Positions 19,200-29,969 of a stretch of DNA of 64,000 nt are shown here, in pieces. Numbering within the stretch: position 1 is the stretch's first letter; the number at the start of each line of letters is the position of its first letter. The translations under genes were made by a program, and so were the position numbers. The notes beneath the pieces are model-generated. The model saw only the letters and a list, made by a program, of their open reading frames with translations. It was not told where the DNA came from and did not search any database. The DNA lies in the NCBI GenBank assembly GCA_027365345.1, contig DAHXNO010000186.1, positions 17,559-81,558 on the forward strand. Reading direction: 5' to 3'. This stretch comes from Granulicella sp. (GTDB taxonomy: Bacteria; Acidobacteriota; Terriglobia; Terriglobales; Acidobacteriaceae).

Positions 19200-19420
19200 G
19201 AGGGAATCCTAAAGCATTTTCAGCAGAGGTGGAACGTGATGTGGAAACGTTCCCGTGTGTCCCCGCCCGGCAGGCGCGCCGACCGGGGTGGAAGGAAGAC
19301 GCCGCCGCAGGGGTGTTTGGGAGCGCGCATCCACGCTGGACCGGAGCAGAGGCCGTCATGCAAGATGCCACGACGTTCCGCGCGCTGCCAAACCGATTGC
19401 CGGCTCACGCCGCAAGGGTT

Positions 19421-19475
19421 AAAGAAACAACCCATCCTTCAGAACTCGCCTGCACGGCAGTTTGGGAAGGATGGG
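19421..19475 (-). terminator. Probable intrinsic terminator downstream of hpf
   Basis: CCCATCCTTC/GAAGGATGGG arms with an inner stem, followed on the minus strand by TTGTTTCTTT. Confidence 0.6.
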
Positions 19476-19542
19476 CTGGTCAACAGGATTGACTGGCTGA
19501 GAGCACGCCGTCCGGCAGGCAGCCGGGCAGGGCGAGATGGTG

Positions 19543-19902
19543 CTATGCCGGAAACGGCTCCATGGGCCCCGGAATGGCTCCCGGAGTGATTTCGATTTCG
19601 GGCCGCGGACGAGCCCGCACGGTCGCAAAGCGCTCCTTGTGGCGGATTGCCTGCATCTCCACCTTCTGCAGGGCATCGCGCAGAGCCGCGGCCATGTCCG
19701 TGGACTCACAGGTTGCCACCAGGCTCTCGTTGCGGCACTGCAGGTTGATCTCCGCAATCTTTCGGTACTTGTCTTCGCTGAAGATAAAGTGTGCGCTGGT
19801 ACAGCGGTTGGTCACCAAGGCCAGGCGCTCCATGCCGGCCTCTGCGATAGCCTTCAGGTCTGGGGTTACTGCTGTGCGGCGTCCAGTAAATTCGATCGTC
19901 AT
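19543..19902 (-). CDS. hpf: Ribosome hibernation promoting factor (HPF/RaiA)
   Basis: IEFTGR...VTP.LK... and D...ALRDALQKVEMQAIRHK; canonical position after rpoN. Confidence 0.85.
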   Translation of the reverse strand: MTIEFTGRRTAVTPDLKAIAEAGMERLALVTNRCTSAHFIFSEDKYRKIAEINLQCRNESLVATCESTDMAAALRDALQKVEMQAIRHKERFATVRARPRPEIEITPGAIPGPMEPFPA

Positions 19903-20257
19903 GAAGCATTCTCCTTGCAGCGGATTCGCTGCGATTGTCTCTTATTCAGATGCATCCTGAACCCGTCAGGTGTTAAGTCGAAGATCCCTTCCGTTGGAGA
20001 ATTCTTCCATCGGACGGGCTCTCCGCTCTCTCCACAGCCGGATTCTACGCTCTGAAGGTCCATGGAAAGAGTTGATTCAAGGAAGCTTTGCGTAGCGGAG
20101 AGTTTGAACCAGAGAGGACTCCCGGCAGGCAAAGCCCGGGGTCCGCCGGGCGGCTCAGCTTGCCGAAGCTTTCCGGAGGTTCCTGACAGCTTTGCCGGGA
20201 GACCTCTTTCTGGCAGTGGAATCTGGAGCTTTTCTACCCTCCCATAGGACGTCTGGT

Positions 20258-21931
20258 TCAGCGTCGGCGCCTTTGATGAGTGCTGGGAATCTGCATGTCT
20301 TCACGATATTTGGCGACGGTTCGCCGGGTGACGTGAATCCCCTGCCGCTGCAACTCAGCGGCAAGATAGTCGTCCGTCCACGGCTTGCGCGGATCCTCCT
20401 CCTCAATCAGTTTCTTCACCTTCCTCTTGAGCAGAAGCAGGGGAAGATCACCCCCCTCGGGTCCACCAACACCCTCAGAGAAGAAGAATCTTAGCTCATA
20501 AACGCCCTGTGCGGTATGTACATATTTATTCGCCACGGCCCGGCTGACGGTTGAGGGATGGACATCGATCTCTTCGGCCACCTCTTTGATCATCATCGGG
20601 CGAAGGTATTCGACTCCGCGATCGAGGAACTCCCGCTGCCGGCGAACGATCACCTCGCAGGTACGGAGGATGGTGTTCTTGCGCTGCTCAATGTTGCGCA
20701 ACAACTGAATCGCCGACTTATAGCGCTCTTTGACGTAGTCGCGAACCTCCCGGTCGGCGCTCTTTTCCCGCAGCATGCGACGGTAGCTGCGGTTGAGGCG
20801 AAGAGAGGGCATATCTTCATCGTTGATCACCACCACATACTCGTCATCCCGCTTGACGAAGGCTACATCCGGCTCAATGAGCCGCGCCTCGACCTGGGTA
20901 TACCGCTGGCCCGGGCGAGGGTCCAGGGTCCGGATAAGGGCCACCGCCTCTTCCACCAGCTCCACCGGCCGCTTGCAGAGCCGGACCAGTTCGCGCATAT
21001 CTTTCTTCTGCAGAAGCCCCAGAAACTCGCGAATGATCAGGCTGGCCGTCTCCATCACCGCCAGATGGTGGTAGTGGCGGCTGGCGGGGCCGTTGGGCTG
21101 GCTGCTCTGGCTGGAATCCCGCACCGCCCTCCGCCGCCGCCACTGCGCCAATTTGAGATCGTGGCGGAGGCTTTGCACCTGCCAGAGAAGGCACTCGCGC
21201 AGGTCGCGCGCTCCTACCCCGGGGGGATCCAGCCGCGCGACCACAGCACGGGCCTGTTCCACCAAGGCCTGAATCTCACAGTGCACTTTTCCGTCGGCCG
21301 GAATCTGGGGATGTTCGGGATGGTTTAGATGGTCGGGATCTTCTGGATGCTCAAGGCTTTGGATACTCGGCAGACGCTCCGGGCCGGGCGCAATCTTCCC
21401 TAAGGCCTGGGCCAATGACCAGGCCAGCTCCTCATCGCTGGCCGTCAGATAACCGTTCTCATCCAGGTTGCCGATGATCAGATCGACCGCCACGCGCAGT
21501 TCGGCGCTGAGGGTGAGAGAACCAATCTGCCACATCAGGTGATCGGTCAGCGTGCTGGGCTGAGAGAGAAACTGTTCAAAGGAGGGCTTATCCAGGTCTT
21601 CAAAGTTGGAAGAGGTTCGGAAGCCGGGATCCAGATAGTCCTGAAAATAGCTTCCAAAGTCAATCTCGTCAAAAGGATCCGCCTTTTGCTGTTCGACTGC
21701 GGCCGAGCTTTCCTCAGCGCTGCGCTCTAAAGCACCCTCTCTGGCGGCGCGCTCATCCAGGGTCTCCGCAGCCTCGTCAATCTCCTCCAGAACGGGATTG
21801 GCCACCAGTTCCCCGTTGATCATGTCCTTGAGCTCGATTTTGTTCAGCGCGAGAACGCTGACCATCTGGACCAATCCAGGGGTCAGGATCTGGCGCTGCG
21901 AGAGCTTGACGTTGAGGTGAGGCTGCAACAC
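20258..21931 (-). CDS. rpoN: RNA polymerase sigma-54 factor
   Basis: Region I Q/L-rich start, DPPGVGARDLRECL, HPSTVSRA HTH and RRTVAKYRE RpoN box. Confidence 0.97.
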   Translation of the reverse strand: MLQPHLNVKLSQRQILTPGLVQMVSVLALNKIELKDMINGELVANPVLEEIDEAAETLDERAAREGALERSAEESSAAVEQQKADPFDEIDFGSYFQDYLDPGFRTSSNFEDLDKPSFEQFLSQPSTLTDHLMWQIGSLTLSAELRVAVDLIIGNLDENGYLTASDEELAWSLAQALGKIAPGPERLPSIQSLEHPEDPDHLNHPEHPQIPADGKVHCEIQALVEQARAVVARLDPPGVGARDLRECLLWQVQSLRHDLKLAQWRRRRAVRDSSQSSQPNGPASRHYHHLAVMETASLIIREFLGLLQKKDMRELVRLCKRPVELVEEAVALIRTLDPRPGQRYTQVEARLIEPDVAFVKRDDEYVVVINDEDMPSLRLNRSYRRMLREKSADREVRDYVKERYKSAIQLLRNIEQRKNTILRTCEVIVRRQREFLDRGVEYLRPMMIKEVAEEIDVHPSTVSRAVANKYVHTAQGVYELRFFFSEGVGGPEGGDLPLLLLKRKVKKLIEEEDPRKPWTDDYLAAELQRQGIHVTRRTVAKYREDMQIPSTHQRRRR

Positions 21932-22165
21932 CGGATACTACCTCGCGTACTTGTCTTGAAAGCCACCAACCGTACTGGCGGATGAGTTCCCTAGCAAGTT
22001 AAGGACCAGTTTATCGCCCAAGGTGGAATTGAGTCGAAAGGGAGGGAATCAAGAGCGATACCCCCCGCCAGAGTTGGAGTTTTAAGACGATTGGCACGCG
22101 GATCGGGGCAAAGGTACTCGAATTCGGAGAAACGCAAGTAACCTTCGATCGGCACAAGAGTAAGA

Positions 22166-22894
22166 CTAAACCAAAGAGAAGCCTTCCCCGAGATAGACCC
22201 GTTTGACATCCAGATCGCTGCCAAGTTCGGCCGGGGTTCCGGTGCGGAAGATACGGCCCTCGTTGATGATGTAGGCGCGGTCGGTGACGGACAGCGTCTC
22301 CCGGACGTTGTGATCCGTGATGAGAACGCCGATTCCAGATGCCTTGAGGTCAAAGATGATCTGCTGCAGCTCCAGCACGGCGATGGGGTCGATCCCTGAG
22401 AAGGGCTCGTCGAGAAGAATGAAGGCCGGGTCAATGGCCAGGCAGCGCGCGATCTCCACACGGCGGCGCTCTCCGCCGGAGAGGGCGTAGCCGCGGGTCT
22501 TGCGCACATGGCCCAGGTTCAACTGGGTGATGAGACTCTCGGCGCGCTGGCGGCGCACTTTCCAGGGCAACGGCTGGGTCTCCAGAACGGCGAGGATGTT
22601 CTCCTCCACGGAGAGATTGCGGAAGACGGAGGGCTCCTGCGGCAGATAGCTGATGCGGTGCTCGCGCGCCCGGAGGTACATTGGGGTTCGCGTAATATCC
22701 ACGCCATCGCTCAGAATCAGGCCCGAATCGGGCCGCACCAGACCGACGATCATGTAAAAAGACGTGGTCTTTCCAGCTCCATTTGGGCCCAGCAGCCCGA
22801 CCACCTCGCCTTGATGGATCTGGAGGCTGACACCGCGCACTACCTGACGCCCGCCGTAAGCCTTGGTCAGCTCCTCGGTCTCGAGGGTTTTCAT
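22166..22894 (-). CDS. lptB: LPS export ABC ATPase LptB
   Basis: [36 protein letters not shown] and [11 protein letters not shown] motifs. Confidence 0.96.
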   Translation of the reverse strand: MKTLETEELTKAYGGRQVVRGVSLQIHQGEVVGLLGPNGAGKTTSFYMIVGLVRPDSGLILSDGVDITRTPMYLRAREHRISYLPQEPSVFRNLSVEENILAVLETQPLPWKVRRQRAESLITQLNLGHVRKTRGYALSGGERRRVEIARCLAIDPAFILLDEPFSGIDPIAVLELQQIIFDLKASGIGVLITDHNVRETLSVTDRAYIINEGRIFRTGTPAELGSDLDVKRVYLGEGFSLV

Positions 22895-22898
22895 GCCG

Positions 22899-25718
22899 TT
22901 ACTGCGTCTCCTCTTTTCCAGAACTTAGGTGCGTCTCTGTGCGCACACGGCCACCCTTACCCTTGGCTCCGCCGGGTCCGCCGGTTACCACAATCGTACT
23001 ACCGGCGTCCCCAAAGAGGAGGCTCGTCCCGGTGATGTTGCCCTGCTGTTCATCCACGATGTGGGGCGGCGCCTGGGGTGTCCCGGTGAGCAGGTAGGTG
23101 CCTTGAGCAGCCTTGTAGACCAGTTGCTCGCCGAAACCATGGCGGCCCGGCTGTTCCACTTGCACGGCGCCGTCGACGACCACATGGTCGATGGAGTTGC
23201 CCAGTGGGTTGGGCTGGGCAGCGATGGTTGGAGCTGAAGCTTTCTGCCCAGGAGGCGCGGCGGGCGCGGAGTGAGCAGGGCCGGCTGCGGCGGTGAGATA
23301 GGCCACAGCTCGCTGTCCGCGGACCACGCCCGTCTGATCCAGTATCGTAACGCCGCCGGAGAAGGTGGCCTCCCGCAAGAGGTCGCTATAGTCCATCCTG
23401 GGACTGGCAACGCGGATGATGCTGGCGGCGCGTTCGCCGGAGGTTCCGGATGGGGACGGGTGACGGTTGGAAGCTGAAGAGGCTGCCATGCCCGGCTGGG
23501 AAGGCTGCGGCCGATGCCCTGGCGGCGCCTGGTCCGCCGGGTTTGAGGCGAAGACGGCATGAATCAAGACGCCGGGCTGGGCTGGGCGCGCGCTGAAGGT
23601 GCGATGTTGCCCATCAAAGATCAGGCGCGCGGCCAGGACCTGGGAGGCCTGCTGCCACATGCGCGCCGGCGCCTGGTCACTGCCATAGAAGGTAGCCACC
23701 TGCGCGGCGTGATCGAAGTGGGCGCTGGAGGCCAGCACATGGGTTACCGGCTGCGGCTGAGGGCTGGAGGCTGCTGTGCCGCTGGCGCTCCCCGTGGAGG
23801 AGGCGTTCTGGAAGGCTCCCTGAACTCCTCCGGTGGCATCAGCGTCTCCTGTGCGTTGATCCATGGAGATGGTGGGGGCCGAGATGGAGCCGCTGGCGTC
23901 GTAGAGGTGCGCGTCTCCGCTGAGGGTGAGCGTCTGCGTTGAGCCCAGGTAGACCCCGCGCTGGGCGGATCCGGTGGAGATAGCCCCTGGCTGCATGCCA
24001 GGGCCGGCGTGCGATCCGGGTTTCGGCACGGTGTCCGCGGCGCGATCGCGGACTGTTACGTGGCCGCTCTGGGTGGCCGAGGCAATGGTAAGGGTTTCAG
24101 CGTTTTTCTGTTTGGCTTGCGGCTTGGTCTGCGGCCGGGCTGGGGGCCTGGGCTCCGGTTTCGCCCCGGCCTTTTCCGGGGGCGCGGGAGCGGAGGCGAA
24201 GGCGACCACGAGGGTATCGCCCGTGCTGACCTCCTGCGCGTGCAGCGGAGCGTCCTGCTGGAGAACGGTGTGGCCGGTTCCGTAGAGCGATTGGGGCTGC
24301 GACTGGCCATCCTTGGCGACAAAGAGCAGGCGCAGGTTGTCGGCCCAGATTTGGGTGTTTTTTAGCTCTGTGGGCGCGGTAGAAGAGTGCGCCGCGCTGG
24401 ACGCCTTGGCAGCGAACGACTGCGCACTGGCCGACGCGCTCCCGCTGGCGTCGATCTCCTGAACCTGGGAGGAGTTGTGACTGCTGGAACGGGTGTGCCT
24501 GGCCTTTCCCCTGCTGGGCACGAAGAAGACCACCATCCGCTCCCCCGCGGCCGTGCGCTCCAGACCACGCGGGCCGCTGCGGCGATCGATCTCAGAGAGC
24601 TTGACTGCGCCGGTGGCCACCATCCGGGTGGGCGAGCCCTTGGCGTCAAAGCCGGCATCGACCTCCTGGGCAGATCCATCTCTGGGAAGTTGCGGATCAG
24701 TGTCGGTCAAAACAACGTTGCCGGAGAGCCTGGCCTTCTGCGGAACCGACTGCGGGCTGAGCCAGGCATCCAGACGGCTGGCCGTAATGGTCTTTGTGCC
24801 CGCAGTCATCACCACGTGCTCGATTCCCTGAACCTGGCGAATGGAGCCATCCTTGCGGATGTATAGGATGGCGGAGTCCGCCCGCGCGGTGCGTCCTCCA
24901 GAGGTGGCCACGGGCCGGATCAGATTCGCGATATTCGTATTGCGGTCCAGATTGGCCCGGAGGGCGGTGATGTGCAGCAGATGACCGTGCGCCAAGCCGT
25001 CGAGATGGACGTTGGAGAGCAGATCGAGCGTGCTGTGATTGGTGTTGAACACCGCTCCCAGCGAGGTGCAGCGCATTTGGCCGTAGGTAAACTCAGCCTG
25101 CTGGGTGGTGGAGGCGATGCCTGACTTGCGCACGTAGACCAGGCCGCTGGTACGGACATGGATTACCTGGCTGGCGCCGCTGGGCTGCTCCGACGGACCG
25201 GACGGAGAGGACGCAGGACTGGACTTGTGGCCGGGCGCGTGGCTGGGCTTGCGGCCTGGTTTGTGGCTGGGTGCGGTCTCCGAGCGGGAAGGCTGCGCGG
25301 ACTTGGCTCCGCTGTTGGTGAGCGCCTGCGGAGGTTCGATGTCCATGTAGACCTCGCCGGCGGCGCGGGCCACTCCATTATTCTCGTCGTACTCGATCTC
25401 CGAACCGGAGATGTGATCGGCGGGGTTGCCGGAGTGGTCGTCGAGCACTAGCTCCGCATCATGCAGAGCGTACTTTCCATTGCCCAGATCGCTCTCCGTC
25501 CTGGCCCGGAGGGTGAAGACCTTTCTGCCCTTGACCGACTGCGAGTAGGTGACGCCATTGGAGTCGTGGGTGATGGAGACGCCGGAGCGGGCGATGATCT
25601 GGCGATAGGCCTGAAGAGCGCGATAGCGTCCGTATCCGATGAAGGCGGCCAGCACGAGGATGAGTACTACCGCTCCCGCCAGGAGCACCCACCGAAATCT
25701 TTGGATCGACAACCGCAT
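22899..25718 (-). CDS. Very large membrane-anchored LptC/LptA (OstA-like) beta-jellyroll protein
   Basis: N-terminal TM helix, repeated beta-rich G/A/T segments with Pro/Ser linkers, OstA-like C-terminus (LLTGTP...ITG..L.F...); directly upstream of lptB. Confidence 0.7.
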   Translation of the reverse strand: MRLSIQRFRWVLLAGAVVLILVLAAFIGYGRYRALQAYRQIIARSGVSITHDSNGVTYSQSVKGRKVFTLRARTESDLGNGKYALHDAELVLDDHSGNPADHISGSEIEYDENNGVARAAGEVYMDIEPPQALTNSGAKSAQPSRSETAPSHKPGRKPSHAPGHKSSPASSPSGPSEQPSGASQVIHVRTSGLVYVRKSGIASTTQQAEFTYGQMRCTSLGAVFNTNHSTLDLLSNVHLDGLAHGHLLHITALRANLDRNTNIANLIRPVATSGGRTARADSAILYIRKDGSIRQVQGIEHVVMTAGTKTITASRLDAWLSPQSVPQKARLSGNVVLTDTDPQLPRDGSAQEVDAGFDAKGSPTRMVATGAVKLSEIDRRSGPRGLERTAAGERMVVFFVPSRGKARHTRSSSHNSSQVQEIDASGSASASAQSFAAKASSAAHSSTAPTELKNTQIWADNLRLLFVAKDGQSQPQSLYGTGHTVLQQDAPLHAQEVSTGDTLVVAFASAPAPPEKAGAKPEPRPPARPQTKPQAKQKNAETLTIASATQSGHVTVRDRAADTVPKPGSHAGPGMQPGAISTGSAQRGVYLGSTQTLTLSGDAHLYDASGSISAPTISMDQRTGDADATGGVQGAFQNASSTGSASGTAASSPQPQPVTHVLASSAHFDHAAQVATFYGSDQAPARMWQQASQVLAARLIFDGQHRTFSARPAQPGVLIHAVFASNPADQAPPGHRPQPSQPGMAASSASNRHPSPSGTSGERAASIIRVASPRMDYSDLLREATFSGGVTILDQTGVVRGQRAVAYLTAAAGPAHSAPAAPPGQKASAPTIAAQPNPLGNSIDHVVVDGAVQVEQPGRHGFGEQLVYKAAQGTYLLTGTPQAPPHIVDEQQGNITGTSLLFGDAGSTIVVTGGPGGAKGKGGRVRTETHLSSGKEETQ

Positions 25719-25857
25719 GGTTTTCCTGTCTTATCTTCTCATTCCCATGGAACTCCTTCACCGCCTTTGCCCGCGTTGTCCGCGCCGCCTTCTGCGCTCC
25801 GGAGCGGCAGAGCATGGGTTCAATGGCTGGTGCGATCAGCGCCGGTAGAATCGAACT

Positions 25858-26598
25858 ATGGCGGATCAACTCTATCTCAGCGTCTGGTATCCCAACTTCC
25901 GCACGGAATCCCTGCCGGCGGCGCTGACCGGCATTCTGCGGCAGTTTGCCCTGATCGCCCGGGCGGACCTGGCTGCCGATAGCGAAGAGCGGCCCGGTTC
26001 CAGGGAGAAATCCCCGCATCCGGAGCTGGGGCGCGTTCTGGCCGCCAGCAGCTATCCGATCGACTGGACGGAGTCGCCTACGTACCAGCGGATTTATGAC
26101 AAGGAAGACTGGGACAAGGAGGATCGGGAGAAGGAAGATCGGGCGCTACGCGCGGGCGATACCGAACGCTCGAAGATCAGGAGCGCTGTTGCCGAGGCCA
26201 CCGATCCCCTGCACGACGACATGGCCTATGAGTTTGAGATGTGCTGGATGCTGTGGACGCCACCCCAGGACACTGAAACCGGTAGCCGCACAGCCGCTGC
26301 CTGGAGGCTGGAGCCGGTTCGGGTGAAGGTGATTGGCTTCGGACCGGAGTTCGACACCGCCAGCTATGAGCAGAACGGTCATATCCGGGTCGACTTTGGA
26401 CCGGACACCCCCTGGGTGCTGGAGGACGAGACCCTTGGCCGGGATGGAGCGGAGCGGATCCGGCAGAACGTAGAAAAACTGCTGGCCTTTACGCTGAGCG
26501 TGGAGAAACACTGCGGCATCTCCAGCCGACTGCTGTGGACCGAGAGCGGCGAACCTCTGGCTGAAAAGCTCGTGGCTCGCCTGCAACGGCTGAATTGA
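25858..26598 (+). CDS. Hypothetical protein
   Basis: 246-aa ORF with genome-typical codon pattern filling the gap between the lptA-like gene and glyS; no motif recognised. Confidence 0.7.
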   Translation: MADQLYLSVWYPNFRTESLPAALTGILRQFALIARADLAADSEERPGSREKSPHPELGRVLAASSYPIDWTESPTYQRIYDKEDWDKEDREKEDRALRAGDTERSKIRSAVAEATDPLHDDMAYEFEMCWMLWTPPQDTETGSRTAAAWRLEPVRVKVIGFGPEFDTASYEQNGHIRVDFGPDTPWVLEDETLGRDGAERIRQNVEKLLAFTLSVEKHCGISSRLLWTESGEPLAEKLVARLQRLN

Positions 26599-26669
26599 GG
26601 CCGCTCCCTTACCGAATCCGCAGCTCACAACAGAGGCAGAGACGGCGGAGACAGGAAGACAGACGCTGC

Positions 26670-28835
26670 TCACCCTACGGTAACAATTTTGGAGAAGTCC
26701 GCGATAGAGCTGAAGCTCTGGACGATGAACTGCAGCAACCGCAGACGCTGAAAGCGGATCTCGGGGTCAGGGTCCATGACCATCACCTTCTCGAAGAAGG
26801 CGTCCACCTGGGGACGAATCGTGGCGATTGCTTCCAGAGCTTCACGGTAGGCGTGGCGGCGACGGAGTTCGTCGACTTTGCTCTTGATCTCCGTGTACTT
26901 GAACTCAAGATCGCCCTCAGGCGTGCCGATGGCGTAGCTGGCGGTGGCGCCCGCCGGAGGCGAGATGCCTGCCTGGTCCAGAATGTTCTTCATCCGTTTG
27001 AAGGCCGCGCTGACGGCCTGGAAGTCCGCGCCGTTACGAACCTCACTCACGGCCTGGGAACGGGCGCGCAGATCGCGCAGATTGTCCGCTCCGGCGGCCA
27101 TGGCGGCCTGAACCACGTCATAGGCCTGGTTGCACCCCTCGCGGAGATAGAACTCGATGCGCTCAGCGAAGAATGCCTCCAGACGAGCGCGTACATCCGC
27201 TGCGGAGACGGCTGCCTCCAATAGATCTGAAAGGCGCAGCGAGAGAGTGGATTCCGCCAGGATCCTGACCACGGCGTTGCCCGCGCGGCGCAGGGCGAAG
27301 GGGTCCTTGGAGCCGCTGGGCTCCATGCCCAGGGCGAACATATTCGCGATGGTGTCCATGCGGTCGGCCAAGCCAAGGACGCAGCCCTCTGCGGAGCGCG
27401 GAATGGCGTCCCCAGCCGAGGCCGGAAGGTACTGGTCATAGATCGCGTCGGCGACGCGGGAGCCTAGACCCTGCGAGGATGCATAGAGGCCGCCGATAAT
27501 CCCCTGCAACTCAGTGAACTCCTTGACCAGCTCGGTGGTGAGATCAGTCTTGGCCAGTACCGCAGCCTGATCGATGGCCTCCGCGTCCAACGCCGCCTCG
27601 CGCTCGGCGGCCACCGCGGTGAACTCCGCAGCCAGAGCGCGTACCCGCTCGGACTTCTTCGCGTAGCTGCCCAAGTCCTTTTGAAAGGTGACATTCTCCA
27701 GCAGAGCGACACGGGCCGTGAGCGGAGTACGCTGATCAAACTCCCAGAAGAAGCGCGCGTCATTGAATCTTGCGCGCAGCACGCGCTCGTTGCCCTGACG
27801 GATGATGGAGGAGTTTTCCGCAGTCAGCGCAATGTTGGTGATGGTAAGAAAGTGCGCGGCCATCCTGCCGCTGCCGTCCTCAATGGCGAAGTACTTCTGA
27901 TGATCGCGCATTACAGTCACCAGAACTTCTTCGGGGAGCGCCAGGTAGGCAGGCTCGAAGTTGCCCAGAAGCACGTCCGGCCACTCGCATAGGTGGGTCA
28001 CAGAGTCCACCAGCTCCTCGTCCTCGCGCCAGCGAGGGTTGGCGACGGTCTGGATGGCTCGCGTTGTCCGGTCCAGAGCCTTGCGGATCCTCTGCCGCCG
28101 CACCTCCACGTCCACCAGAACAAACGCGGACTCCATCTGGGAGGGATAGTGGGAGGGCGCTGAGATCGGTATCGGGGCCGGACCATGCAAGACGCGGTGG
28201 CCATAGGTAACCCGGCCTGCGCGCCGGCCGGCAAACTCCACAGGGACGATTTCTTCGCCCAGCAGGCAAACCAGCCACAACACAGGGCGGACAAAGCGCT
28301 CCGGCTTGCCGGGCCGCCAGTACATATTCTTGGCCCAGTAAAGAGCGGCGATCTCCCTGGGAAGCTCAGCGGCCAGAAGCTCAGCAGCGCTACGGCCCTT
28401 GCGGGTGGTGGCTGCCGCCAGATACTCGCCCCTGGGGGTGGTGATCGTCTTGAGATCGGCCAGCGGAAGCCCGCACTTGCGAGCGAAGGCCTCGGCTGCC
28501 GCGGTCGGCTTACCGTCCTGGAAGGCAATCTTGACCGCAGGACCAGTGATCTGCTCGGTGATGTCCGGTTGCTGCGTCCGAACGTCCCGGATAAGTACCG
28601 CCAGGCGGCGCGGCGTGGAGAAAGAGAGTCCCGCGGTGTTGGATGCCGCCGCTCCCGCATCGCTCGCCAGCAACTGTTCCCGGGCCAGGAGGGCGAGCGT
28701 GCGTTTCAACAACTCCGCCTGAGCAGAGGCGATCATGCGGGCGGGAACTTCTTCTAATCCAATTTCGAGTAAAAAGTCTGGCATCGGGTTCCTGGGGTGC
28801 TGGTAGAAGTTGGACGCTCGCGGCGCTCGCTCCAT
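26670..28835 (-). CDS. glyS: Glycine-tRNA ligase beta subunit
   Basis: FLLEIGLEEVP, TPRRLA, FVRPV, VRLNDARFF-like segment, EFTELQG and DPFALRR motifs. The likely start is MPDFLL a few codons into the ORF. Confidence 0.95.
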   Translation of the reverse strand: MERAPRASNFYQHPRNPMPDFLLEIGLEEVPARMIASAQAELLKRTLALLAREQLLASDAGAAASNTAGLSFSTPRRLAVLIRDVRTQQPDITEQITGPAVKIAFQDGKPTAAAEAFARKCGLPLADLKTITTPRGEYLAAATTRKGRSAAELLAAELPREIAALYWAKNMYWRPGKPERFVRPVLWLVCLLGEEIVPVEFAGRRAGRVTYGHRVLHGPAPIPISAPSHYPSQMESAFVLVDVEVRRQRIRKALDRTTRAIQTVANPRWREDEELVDSVTHLCEWPDVLLGNFEPAYLALPEEVLVTVMRDHQKYFAIEDGSGRMAAHFLTITNIALTAENSSIIRQGNERVLRARFNDARFFWEFDQRTPLTARVALLENVTFQKDLGSYAKKSERVRALAAEFTAVAAEREAALDAEAIDQAAVLAKTDLTTELVKEFTELQGIIGGLYASSQGLGSRVADAIYDQYLPASAGDAIPRSAEGCVLGLADRMDTIANMFALGMEPSGSKDPFALRRAGNAVVRILAESTLSLRLSDLLEAAVSAADVRARLEAFFAERIEFYLREGCNQAYDVVQAAMAAGADNLRDLRARSQAVSEVRNGADFQAVSAAFKRMKNILDQAGISPPAGATASYAIGTPEGDLEFKYTEIKSKVDELRRRHAYREALEAIATIRPQVDAFFEKVMVMDPDPEIRFQRLRLLQFIVQSFSSIADFSKIVTVG

Positions 28836-28952
28836 TAGGTGATTGCGCCAAGTGCGGTCAAAACGTGGACAAAGGGTGATCCAACGGGCGCTGAGGATTC
28901 ATTCCGCTATTCGGCGTAGGACCGCCGATGCCTGGCGCGCAACGCCAGTGCG

Positions 28953-29960
28953 TCAGGCCGCAGACGGCGCGGCGGTTGCGGTGTGCGACGCTGTGGTCAG
29001 ACGCTGCTGCTCGGCATAGACCTTGGCGACTCCCACGATGAGGTTGCGGATGCGAGCCATCACCCCGACGCGCTCCGTCACCGAGATGGCGCCGCGAGCA
29101 TCCAGAAGATTGAAGGCATGCGAGCACTTGAGCGCCAGTTCATAGGCTCCCAGGGTGGGAAAGCGCAGGGCAGACAGTTCGTCCGCCTGCGGGTTCTCAC
29201 TCGCGGCCAGGCGCTTCTCATCCAGCGTGGTGTGGGCGCGCTCCAGCAGCGCCTTGCACTCGGCCTCGTAGAGGTTCAGGTGCTGCCAGAGGCTGGAAAT
29301 ATCCGCGTAGTCAAAGCTGTAGGCGGAGAACTGCTGCTCCTCGTGCAGGCGTACCTGGCCATAGGTCAGTTCCCCGCCGCTCACCGGGTCGCGCATCCAG
29401 ACGATGTCATAGATGCTGTCCAGATCCTGTAGAAACTGGGCGATCCGCTCCAACCCATAGGTGATCTCGCCGGAGATGGGGTCCAGGTCCATGCCGCCGC
29501 ACTGCTGGAAGTAGGTGAATTGAGTGATCTCCTGTCCATCCAGCATCACCTGCCAGCCAACGCCCCATGCGCCTCCCACCGGCCACTCCCAGTTGTCCTC
29601 TTCAAACTTGATGTCGTGCTGGCTGAGGTCGATACCGATCGCCTCCAGGGATTGCAGGTAGAGCTCCTGCACGTTCTCCGGTGGTGGTTTCAGGATCACC
29701 TGAAGCTGGGTATGCCGGAACAGGCGGTTGGGGTTCTCTCCATAGCGTCCGTCGGCGGGGCGGCGCGAAGGCTGGGCATAAGCAATATTGATGGGTGCAG
29801 GCCCCAATACGCGGAGAAAGGTGTCCGGCGACATGGTGCCGGCGCCGACCTCTACATCATATGGCTGCTGCAAAACGCAGCCATGCTCAGACCAGAACCG
29901 CTGCAAGGCGAAGAGCAGCTCCTGGAAGGTGAGGGGTTTGTTCGCGATAGCCGAAGACAT
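28953..29960 (-). CDS. glyQ: Glycine-tRNA ligase alpha subunit
   Basis: [28 protein letters not shown] and [13 protein letters not shown] motifs. Confidence 0.97.
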   Translation of the reverse strand: MSSAIANKPLTFQELLFALQRFWSEHGCVLQQPYDVEVGAGTMSPDTFLRVLGPAPINIAYAQPSRRPADGRYGENPNRLFRHTQLQVILKPPPENVQELYLQSLEAIGIDLSQHDIKFEEDNWEWPVGGAWGVGWQVMLDGQEITQFTYFQQCGGMDLDPISGEITYGLERIAQFLQDLDSIYDIVWMRDPVSGGELTYGQVRLHEEQQFSAYSFDYADISSLWQHLNLYEAECKALLERAHTTLDEKRLAASENPQADELSALRFPTLGAYELALKCSHAFNLLDARGAISVTERVGVMARIRNLIVGVAKVYAEQQRLTTASHTATAAPSAA

Positions 29961-29969
29961 GACATGATT

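Noticed and set aside
21932-22165. sigma54 -24/-12 site (TGGCAC at about 22092) near rpoN
   Set aside because: The -12 position reads TCGG rather than TTGC, and it faces away from rpoN.
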